Assembly: GCA_017550315.1 (NCBI GenBank)
Contig: JAFZPN010000054.1
Coordinates: 1,766-65,765, forward strand
Origin: Clostridia bacterium
GTDB taxonomy: Bacteria; Bacillota; Clostridia; Oscillospirales; CAG-272
Length of the DNA stretch: 64,000 nt
Direction: 5' to 3'
Shown here: positions 29,316 to 39,200 of the stretch, piece by piece
Layout: the number at the start of each line of letters is the position of its first letter
How positions within the stretch are numbered: position 1 is the stretch's first letter
Notes under the pieces: model-generated
The model's input: only the letters and a program-made list of their open reading frames with translations
Told to the model about the DNA's origin: nothing
Databases searched by the model: none
Translations under genes and position numbers: made by a program

Positions 29316-30428
29316 TTATGTCATCCCGAAGGTCTTCTCCTTCAGGTCGAGGTAGTAGAGATAATTCTCCGGCGTGACGTCCGGCGGGCAGCGGTGATCG
29401 CAGAACGGGATGTATCCGCCGCGGGCGACGAGGGGTTCGAGCGTCTTCATATACGCCTTGATCTCGTCCTTCCCGGCGATCATTTTCATCTTGTCAAAGC
29501 CGCCCATGATGCGCAGATCCCTGCCGTATTCGGCGAAGAGCTCGCCCGGATGCGCGCAGGAATTGACCTCGAACGGGAACAGGCAGTTGATCCCCGCCTC
29601 GAGAAAGTACGGGAGCAGCGGGCGGACGTCGCCGTCGCAGTCCGTGTACCAGATATCGACGCCGTATCGGTGAAGGCGGTCCCCGATGCGCTTGTAGCAC
29701 GGGAAGACGACGGACCTGAAGAAATCCATCGGGACGAGGGGGCCGTTCTTGCAGCAGATGTCCTCCCAGCCGGAGGCAAAGTCGAAGTGATAGCGCGGCA
29801 GGACGGCGTCGAGATAGTCCTCCACGAGCTCGCAGCGGGTCTCCACGATGTCCGCGACCATCTCCGGATAGTCCGCAATGGCATAGGCGAGGCCCTCGAC
29901 GGTCAACAGATCGCGGACCTTTCCGATCATGGAGCCGCAGCTGATCCCCACCGGATAGGTCCTGTCGTCCGCGCAGATCTTGTCAAGCCGCTCGAAATCC
30001 GGCTTGCGGACCGCTGCGGCACGGTCGAAGCTGCGTTCTTTGAGGGCTTTCCAGTCCTCGGGCGTCTCGACCGCGCTGCCGAGATAGCGGGGAATCGACG
30101 AATGGCCGTCCTTCGGTACTTCCACGACCAGCCCTTCCGAGGTGGTCTTCACGACGGAATGCGCTTTGACCTCGAGGACCTTTTCCTCAAATCCCGGGGT
30201 CATGTCGTAATGCCCGCCGACGCCCGCCGGAGGCTCGAAGGCAAAGAAGCGGTCGGCTTCCCATTCGTTGTGGATGTTGTTCTCGAGGAAAATGTCCCAG
30301 GTCTGATAATTCTCAGCCCAGTAACCAAACTCCATGTTGACCGTCCGGTCGAACGGCCGGTAGTGCATCTGCGCGTTGAAGCGGTCGCGCTGCGTCATCG
30401 TCCCTTTCCAGGGCTTTCTCGGTTCCAT
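29316..30428 (-). CDS. Uroporphyrinogen decarboxylase family protein
   Basis: WEDICCKNGPL, DCDGDV, GGFDK, GGYIPFCDHRCPP; ATG 30428 after GAGGAG. Confidence 0.78.
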   Translation of the reverse strand: MEPRKPWKGTMTQRDRFNAQMHYRPFDRTVNMEFGYWAENYQTWDIFLENNIHNEWEADRFFAFEPPAGVGGHYDMTPGFEEKVLEVKAHSVVKTTSEGLVVEVPKDGHSSIPRYLGSAVETPEDWKALKERSFDRAAAVRKPDFERLDKICADDRTYPVGISCGSMIGKVRDLLTVEGLAYAIADYPEMVADIVETRCELVEDYLDAVLPRYHFDFASGWEDICCKNGPLVPMDFFRSVVFPCYKRIGDRLHRYGVDIWYTDCDGDVRPLLPYFLEAGINCLFPFEVNSCAHPGELFAEYGRDLRIMGGFDKMKMIAGKDEIKAYMKTLEPLVARGGYIPFCDHRCPPDVTPENYLYYLDLKEKTFGMT

Positions 30429-30579
30429 TTTCTCCTCTCCTCCGCGTGCTCGTCGTTTCCGGATCGTCTTCCGGGAGGACGGCGCTGTGTTCCATGCAAG
30501 TATAGCATATTCTTCCGCCGTTTGCAATCCCCCGTCCATCAAAAATCACGGTACCGCAGCCGATACCGTGATGATTGTT

Positions 30580-31551
30580 TCAGTGCTTTTTCTTCATGAG
30601 CAGCGCGGAGCCGAGGATCGCGGCAAGGACGATATATGCGCCGCCGAGCATGGAGCCGCATCCGGATTTGGCCGCGGCGGGTTCCCCGGCGGTGTCGTTT
30701 GCGGGAGCTGCGGGCGTATCCTGCAGAGCAGCCTCGGGTTCCGCATCCGCTGCGGGTTCTGCGGCGGGTTCGGCAGCCGGTTCTTCCGCCGCCGGTTCGG
30801 GCTCTTGTGCCGGAGCGGGTTCCTCCGTCTTCGCGGGCTCTTCCGCCTTCTTCGATCCGGTGATCTTGAAGTCGATGGAGTCGATCACGTCGTAGCCGTC
30901 GTTTGCGAGGAGGAACATGGTGTATTCGCCCGCGGGGAGATCCGCCACATCCCCGCGCTCCGCGTTGTGCGTCTCGCCCTTGATGCTGACCGGCTCGAGG
31001 GGGGTGTGCCCTTCGGCGACATAGTACCAGTAAATCGACTGGACGCCGCCGGGGACCTCGCCCTTCTGATACAGGCCGACCCAGTCCTTCCCCGATCCGT
31101 TGGCGGTCACGAGGATGTCGTCGCCTTCCTGATAGGAATACTGGTCGAGTTCAAGCGTCGCGAGGACGGTAAAGTCCACGGAATCGAAGGGCTCGTAGCC
31201 GTCGTTGAGCAGGAGCCACATGGTGTATTCTCCTGGAGGGATCTCTTCGTATTCCGTCTGTCCGTTGGTACGGGTCTCGCGGATATCCACCGCCTCGCCG
31301 GGATCCGCGTCCTATTCGACGTAGTACCAGAAGATGCAGGCGGACTGACCGGGCGTCTCGCCGCGGAGGTAGAGGCCGACCCAGTCGGTGCCCTCTCCGA
31401 CCGCCGTGATGAGGATGTCCTCGTTCTGTGTGAATTCCGTCTTGTTCAGGGAAATCGATTTGTCGGCTGCCGACGCGGAGACGGCAAGGAAGAGCGCCGT
31501 CATGGCGGCGAGGAGCAGGACCGCATAACGGAGAAACCGAGCTTTTTTCAT
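30580..31551 (-). pseudogene. Surface protein with two Ig-like DWVGLY repeats, Ala/Glu/Pro linker and GCGS-TM-basic C-terminal anchor, interrupted by an in-frame TAG at 31312-31314 (nonsense mutation or readthrough)
   Basis: ORFs 31312-31551 and 30580-31290 share a frame and join as ...FWYYVE*DADPGEAVDIRE...; the stop splits repeat 1. Confidence 0.8.
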
Positions 31552-31744
31552 AGGTGAGCCTTTCTGTCATGATGACCGTTTTTCAATCCGGATCCGGCGG
31601 TTTTGTCCGGTCCGGGTGAGATCACGCGATTGCATGGACTCTCTTCGATGATTATACCACACTTCAATCCTTTTGGCAAGAGAAGAAGTGAAACACATGC
31701 CCTTTTTTCTGTCGGATTCAACGCGAAAAATTCATAAAAAGCGG

Positions 31745-31773
31745 TTGATAACCGGCTTTATCTTTGATATAAT
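31745..31773 (+). promoter_or_regulatory. sigma-A promoter of the MATE-NRPS operon
   Basis: TTGATA-17 nt-TATAAT with extended -10 TG. Confidence 0.65.
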
Positions 31774-31880
31774 GTTTTATATTGTGTATCCGTCCCGGAA
31801 ACGCCGCCATGAGGACGTCCGGGATCGGAGAAAGACAGCGGAAGACGCCCCGCGATCCGCTGACGAAAGGACGCTGAACC

Positions 31881-33212
31881 ATGGATTATCTGCATGACTC
31901 GCATCGCTCGATGTTCGCGAAGCTCCTGCCTTCCGCCATCGGCGCGATGCTCAGCGAGACGGTGGCCTCCCTGATCGACACGATCATCCTGAGCTACTAT
32001 CTCGGCCCGGATATGCTCTCGACCATCAGCATCTGCATGCCGATCTACATGTTCGTCAATACGCTCTCCATGCTGATCGTATCCGGCGGCGCGACCCTCT
32101 TCGCCCAATCCCTCGGACGGGAGGACAAAGAAGACGCGCAGCGGTATTATACCTGCAGCATCGTGCTGATGGTGCTGTGCGGCGCAATACTGACGGTCGG
32201 CGGCCTCGTCTTTACGAAGCAGATCATGTCCGCTCTCGGCGCGTCCGGCTCGGTTCTGGAACCGACTGTACAGTATGGCCGGGTGCTGTTTTCGTTCATG
32301 ATCCCGCTCTGCCTGTATCAGCAGCTCATGGTCTACGTCCGCTTTGACGGCGCGCCGATCCTCTCGCTGATCTCCACGGTCGTCTGCGCCGTGGTCAACC
32401 TGGTGCTCGACGTGCTCTTCGTCGGCGTATTCTTATGGGGTCCGGGCGGTGCGGCCCTTGCGACCTGTCTCGCCTACACCGTCGCGATGCTCATCAACGC
32501 CGCGCATCTTTTGCAGAAGAACAACGGCCTGATCTTCCGCCGGGGCAGCATGAGCGGAGCGCGCGTCGGACGGGTGCTCAAAACCGGGATCCCGCTCTCC
32601 GTCACGCAGCTCGGCATGGCGGTCGGCACGTCCCTCTTCAATATCCGCATCATGGATGTCGGCGGTCCGATGTACCTCGACGTATACGGCGTGATCACGC
32701 AGCTCTCCGTCGTCGCGATGGCGCTGTACGAGGGCATCGCGCAGGCCTGCCAGCCGATCCTCGCCGCCTGCTTCGGCGCGGGTGACCGGAAACGGACGGC
32801 ACAGACCATCCGCTACGGCTTCGTCATGGAAATCATCGCGATGACCTTCGCCACCGTGCTCTATATCTTCGGCGCGGGATTCGTGGCGAACCTCTTCTCG
32901 ATGCAGGAGGCCGAAATCCACGCAGCGGCGGTCGGCGCGATCCGGATCTACGCGCTGTCCCTGTTGTTCACCGGCTTCAATACCATCATCATCTATCACT
33001 TCCAGGTGAAGGAATACGAAATCCACGCGACCGGGATCTCGCTTCTTTCCGGCACGATCCTGCCCGTTGCGTTCCTGTATCTGCTGACGCTTCTGTTCAG
33101 CGTCCGAGGCATCTGGTGGTGCTATCTGATCGCGCAGGGACTCACCCTGATCCTGAGCGCGGTGCTCTATACCCGTGATAAACGCATGGATTCCCAAAGG
33201 AGGAGTATATGA
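31881..33212 (+). CDS. MATE family efflux transporter
   Basis: About 12 TM segments, VVNLVLDVLFV, GAALAT, QPILAACFGAG; stop overlaps the NRPS start (ATGA). Confidence 0.88.
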   Translation: MDYLHDSHRSMFAKLLPSAIGAMLSETVASLIDTIILSYYLGPDMLSTISICMPIYMFVNTLSMLIVSGGATLFAQSLGREDKEDAQRYYTCSIVLMVLCGAILTVGGLVFTKQIMSALGASGSVLEPTVQYGRVLFSFMIPLCLYQQLMVYVRFDGAPILSLISTVVCAVVNLVLDVLFVGVFLWGPGGAALATCLAYTVAMLINAAHLLQKNNGLIFRRGSMSGARVGRVLKTGIPLSVTQLGMAVGTSLFNIRIMDVGGPMYLDVYGVITQLSVVAMALYEGIAQACQPILAACFGAGDRKRTAQTIRYGFVMEIIAMTFATVLYIFGAGFVANLFSMQEAEIHAAAVGAIRIYALSLLFTGFNTIIIYHFQVKEYEIHATGISLLSGTILPVAFLYLLTLLFSVRGIWWCYLIAQGLTLILSAVLYTRDKRMDSQRRSI

Positions 33213-36200
33213 ACGAAGATCGAATCTTGACATGGTGGAAGGAGCGGCTCTCGGGGCTTGAGATCGATGTGTGCCCTGCCGTCGACTTCCCGGACAACGA
33301 GGAGGGCGGCGCTCTCACCTCTCTGACCGTCGCCGCGCCCGACACGGACCGCGACACCCTGACCGCGGCATTCGCCTATACGCTCGCGAAGTTCACCAGC
33401 CAGACCGAGAGTCTGTTCTGGATACGCGAAGGCGGGACGTGTCATCCGTTTTATGTTTCTTTCGATGAGACCGCGCCGGCGGGCGATTTCCGTGCTGCCG
33501 TGACCGCTCTGCGGGCGGATGCGTGTGAGCATCCGTATGCGGACGAAGCCGGGCTTGCCGAGGCCCTCGGGCTGAACCGGGAGCTTCTCCTGTCCTTCGA
33601 CGACGCAGCGCCCGATCCCGCGGGGGAATGGAAGCTCTGCCTCAGCCAGACGGACGGCGCGCTCACCCTTTTCTACCGGGAGGGCTGGTATCTCTTTGAG
33701 AATATGCGCCGCCTTGCCGAAACGGTCGTCACCGTCGCGAAGCAGCTCCCCGGAATCGGATGCCTGCGGGATCTGACGCTCATCGGCGAGGACGATCTTG
33801 CCCTGCTCGGGACCTTCCCGCACTGGGAGCTTCCGCCGTCCGCCGGATCGGTTCCGGAGATCCTGAAGCGCAGCTTTGAAAAATACCCGGACCGTCGGGC
33901 CGTCGTCTATGAGGGCGAGGCGCTGACCTACCGGGAGCTCGATAAAAAGACCGACGCGATCGCCGCGAAGCTCGCCGCGGAGGGGATCGGCAAGGGATCC
34001 GTGGTCTCCACGCTGCTGCCGCGCTGCAAATGGATGCCCGTGGTCGCCGTCGCGATCCTCAAAACCGGTGCGGCGTATCAGCCGCTCGATCCGTCCTATC
34101 CGCCGGAACGCTTAAACTTCATGGTGCAGGATTCGGGTGCGGAGCTGGTCATCGCGGATCGCGCGCTGCGGGACCTGATCGCGGAATACGACGGGCCGTT
34201 CCTCTATCTCGACGAGCTCGACGCGCTGCCGGACGCCGAACCGCTGAACCGGGAGATCTGCCCGGAGGATCCCTTCATTCTGCTGTACACCTCCGGCACG
34301 ACCGGCACCCCGAAGGGCGTCATCCTGCATCACGGGAACCTGGTCAACTTCATCGACTGGTACCTCCCGAAGTTCCGCCTGACGTCCGAGAGCCGGAGCG
34401 CGGCCTACGCCAGCTTCGGATTCGACGCGAACATGATGGACACCTATCCCACGCTCGCGGCGGGCGGTGAAATGCACATCCTGTCGGATGAGGTGCGCTT
34501 CGATCTGCGCGCCATCAACCGCTATTTCAACGAAAACGGCATCACCCACAGCTTCATGACCACGCAGGTGGGCCGCCAGTTCGCGCTCATGACCGACTGC
34601 AAGACCCTCCGGATCATGTCGATGGGCGGCGAAGCGCTCGTTCCCTTCGATCCGCCCGCCGGCATGGAGGTATATAACCTCTACGGTCCGACGGAGTGCA
34701 CGATCCTCTCCACGACATACCACATGACGAGCGATTCCAAGCGTCTGCCGATCGGGGTGCCGCTCAACAACACGCGGCTCTACGTGGCGGACAATTTCCA
34801 GCGTCTTCTCCCCGTCGGCGCGATGGGCGAGCTCCTCATCGCCGGGACGCAGGTCGGAACCGGGTATCTGAACCGGCCGGAGAAGACCGCCGAGGCGTTC
34901 ATCGCCAATCCCTTCACGGATGATCCCGCATACGCACGTCTATACCGGACCGGCGACATCGTCCGCTGGGGCAACGACGGCAACGTGGAATTCGTCGGCC
35001 GCCGCGACGGTCAGGTAAAAATCCGCGGCTTCCGGATCGAGATGACCGAGGTCGAACGCGTCCTGCGGGAATTCCCCGGCATCACCGACGCCACCGTGAT
35101 CGCACGGGACGCGCCTGCCGGCGGAAAGATGATCTGCGCTTACGTGGTGTCGCCCGAGACGGTGGACGTGAAGGCGCTCGAGCAGTTCATTCTCGAGCGC
35201 AAGCCGCCCTACATGGTGCCCGCGGTGACGATGCAGATCGAAAAGATCCCGCTCAACGTCAACAGCAAGGTGGACAAGCGCGCGCTGCCCGAACCCGTCT
35301 TTGCCGCGGACGAGACCAAAGAATCCGGTCCCCGCGCGAGAACAGCCCTCGAAGAAAAGCTCTACGGGATCCTTTCCTCCATTGTCGGATCGTCGGACTT
35401 CCCGGTGGAAAAGCCGCTCGAGGATCTCGGTCTGACGAGCATCTCCGCTCTGATGCTGGCGGTGGATATCGAAGAAGCGTTCGGGTACAGCCCCGACGTG
35501 GACGTGCTGGCCCGCGGTTCCCTCCTCTCGATCGAGAACGAGATCGTCGCGCACTTCATGGAGTCCCCCGCGGCGGAACAGAAGCCCGTCCGGGAATCGA
35601 ACGGACCGTGGCCGCTGACCCAGACCCAGCTCGGTATCTACTCCGCCTGCATGATGGACCCGGACAACGACGCGTATCAGCTTCCGTTCCTGTTCCGGGT
35701 GTCCGCGGATACCGACACCGACCGCCTGTGCCGCGCGCTCGAAGCCGCGATCGCCGCTCATCCCGCGCTCCGGTGCCGCATTATCCCCGACCGGGAGAGC
35801 ACCGCCGTCATGATCTCCACCGACGACGACTTCCGCGCCGAGACCGAAGAGATCACCGAAGAAGCGCTGGCAGCCCGCATGAAGGAGCACGTCCCGTTCG
35901 ATTTCGCGAACGATCCGCTCTACCGGGCGAAGGTCTACCGGACCGAAGAGGCGGTCTATCTCTACATCAACTTCCATCACATCATCTTTGACGGGACGTC
36001 CCTCGTGGTGTTCATGGAAGACCTCGAAAAGGCGTTCGAGGGCGAGGTCCCGGAGGGGGAGAAGTATTCCGCCTTCGATCTTGCGCTCGACGAACGCGAT
36101 GCCCGCGCCTCCCAGGCGTATGCCGATGCCAAGGCGACGTATGACGCCATTTTCAGCGGCGTGGACGTCAACAGCCTCCCCGATGCGGACTTCCCCGGCG

Positions 36201-39200
36201 GAGAACCGGAGGAGGAACACGCGCAGAAGCTGCTCCTCGGCGACGGGATGGCGGCGCGCGTGCAGAAGTGGTGCGCAGATTTAAAGGTGACGGAGAACGC
36301 GTTCTTCACTTTCGCGTTCGCCTGCACACTGGCCAAGACCACCGGACAGGACGAGGCCCTGTTCTGCAACATCTACAACGGCCGCCGCGATCCCCGCACC
36401 TTCCGTACCGTCGGGATGCTGGTCAAGACCTATCCCTTCCACATCCGCTTCACGGGTACCGAGACCCCGGCGGATATGGTCCGTGAGACGGCCAGACGGA
36501 TCCGTGACCTGACGGCGGGCGACCTGTATTCCTTTGCGGAGGTCAGCCGCGCCTACGATATCCGTCCGGACATCCTCTTCGCGTATCAGGGGAGCGCGTT
36601 CAACGAATTCACGGTTGCCGGTCAGACGAGCAAGAGCCTCGCGCAGGCCCTGAACAGCGTGCAGGCGCCGCTCTCCGTCGACGTGTTCCTCGAAGACGGG
36701 ACGTATTCCCTGAACGCGGAATACTATCCGGACCGCTACACCGGCGCGATGATCTCTTCCTTCCTCGAACTCTTCGCCCGGACCGCGCAGCAGCTCCTCG
36801 AAGTCCCGACGCTCGACGCCGTCGATCTCATGCACGAAAAAGGCCGGGCGCTTCTCGACAGCGCGAACAACACCGACTGGCCCGTGCCTTACCGTCCGGC
36901 GCACTGCCTGATGGAAGAGTCCGCCGCCGCCCATCCCGACCGGCTCGCGGTCATCACGCCGAGCGCGAAGCTGACCTACGCGGAGCTGAACGAGAACGCC
37001 AACCGCGTCGCGCACAGCCTCCTCGATCTCGGCGTGGGTCCGAACCGGATCGCCGCGCTGATGCTGCCCCGCTGTGCCGAGGTTTACATGGTGCGGCAGG
37101 GCATCCTGAAAGCGGGCGGCGCGTTCCTGTCCATCGATCCCGAATATCCCGACGACCGCGTCGAGGTCATGGCGGAGGATTCCGAATCCGTCGTGCTCAT
37201 CACGACCCGGGCGCTGATGGAAGAACGGCGTGCGTTCCTCTCGTCGCTGTCCTGCACAATCGCCGCCGTCGAGGATCTGCTTCTGAACGAGAATACCGCC
37301 AATCCGGACATCAACGTACCCGCGGACGCGCTGGCGTACTCCATCTTCACCTCCGGTTCCACCGGCAAGCCGAAGGGCGTGCTCCTGACACAGGGGAACC
37401 TCGTCAACTTCGTGAACGCCAATCCGAAGAACCCGGAGATCCTCGGCTACACGGAACGCGCGCATGTCTCGCTCGCCTTGGCCGCCATCACGTTCGACGT
37501 GTCGATCATGGAGGAATTCATCCCGCTCGCGAACGGCCTGACGATCTGCATGGCTACGGCCGAGGAGATCCACAATCCCGCCGCGCTCGCGAAGCTGATG
37601 ACGGAAAACCACGTGGATATGATGACCTGCACGCCGTCGTTTTTGACCAACTGCATCGGCCTCGCGGTGATGAAGCCGGCGCTTGAAAACGTGGTCTCCT
37701 ACGATTTCGGCGCAGAGGCATTCCCGGCGGCGCTGCTCCAGAAGATCCGCACCATCCGTCCGGACGCGTACATCATGAACGGCTACGGCCCGACCGAGGC
37801 GACCATCAGCTGCACCATGGACGTCGTCACGAACGCGAACGTTATCACCATCGGACGGCCCGCAAGCAACGTCAAGGCATACATCCTCGATCCGCAGGGC
37901 CACATCCTGCCGCCGCTCGTACCCGGGGAACTGGTGATCGCAGGCGCAGGCGTCGGACGCGGCTACGTGAAGCGCGACGATCTGACCGCCGAGAAATTCA
38001 TCACCGTGGAAGGCCTGCCCGCATACCGGACGGGCGACATCGCAGCATGGACGGCGGACGGAAAGATCCGCTTCAAGGGCCGCACGGACAACCAGGTCAA
38101 GCTGCGCGGTCTGCGCGTGGAACTCGGCGAGATCGAGAGCGCGATCAACGCGTGCGACGGCGTACTCACGAGCATCGTCATTATGACGGGCGAGGAGAAC
38201 AACCGCTTCCTCGCCGGATACTATACCGCCAGCCGCGAGATCAGCCCCGCGGAGCTCAAGGCGGAGATTGCAAAGACCCTGACCGCCTACATGGTGCCGG
38301 GGGTCCTCCTGCAGCTCGATCAGATGCCGCTGACCGCGAACGGCAAGATCGACAAGAAGAAGCTGCCGAAGGTGGAATACACGCCGGCTGCGGAGGAATA
38401 CGTCGCGCCCGCGAACGCCGTGGAAGAGGACTTCTGCGGATGGTTCGCGGAGGTGCTCAACATGGACCGCGTCAGTGCGGAGGGCAATTTCTTCGAGCTG
38501 GGCGGCACTTCCCTCTCCGCCGCCGTCATCGCGCTGAACGCCGCCGACCGCGGGTATCCGATCGTCTATGCCGACGTCTTCAAGGCGCAGACGCCGCGTG
38601 AGCTCGCCGCGCTTGCCGCCGGTACGGAACCGGCAAAGCAAACCGGGAGCGCGCAGGACGACCTGAAGGGCTTCGACGATGCGACGCTGGAGCTCTCCCA
38701 CAATACGGTCGACCATCTGCCCGGGCTGACGCGGACTTCCGTCGGGAATCTGCTGCTGACCGGCGCGACCGGCTTCCTCGGCATCCACCTCCTGCGCGAA
38801 TTCCTCGAGAACAGCACGAGCAACGTGATCTGTCTCCTGCGGGGAGATGCGCCGGAGAAGCACCTGAGGACGCTTTACTTCTACTACTTCGACCAGTCGC
38901 TCGATCCCTATTTCGAGAGCGGACGCGTCACCGTCGTGCCTGGCGACATCACCGACCGCGCATCCCTCGATGCGGTGAAGGCCATGCCGTTCGATACGCT
39001 CATCAACTGCGCCGCGCTCGTGAAGCACTTCGTCCACGACGACAGTCTCGAGAAGATCAACTACCGCGGTGTCGAAAACCTCATCGCGCTCTGCGAGGAA
39101 ACCGGCCGCCGCCTGATCCAGACCTCCACCGTCAGCGTGGCGGGCGAAGGACTCGACGGCGAACCTCCGCGCGACTGGGTGCTGACCGAGGACGCGCTCT

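Noticed and set aside
28237-30428. Calling the URO-D-family genes hemE
   Set aside because: No heme pathway context and no QAGRY-type N-terminal motif of true HemE.
30690-30850. Repetitive GC-rich tract (GCGGGTTC-like units)
   Set aside because: It encodes the Ala/Glu/Pro linker (EPAAEPAA) of the surface protein and is not an independent DNA repeat element.
31555-31640. 22-codon minus-strand ORF (MQSRDLTRTGQNRRIRIEKRSS) as a candidate precursor for the C39 exporter
   Set aside because: No double-glycine or NHLP leader features, a weak RBS, and it is too short.
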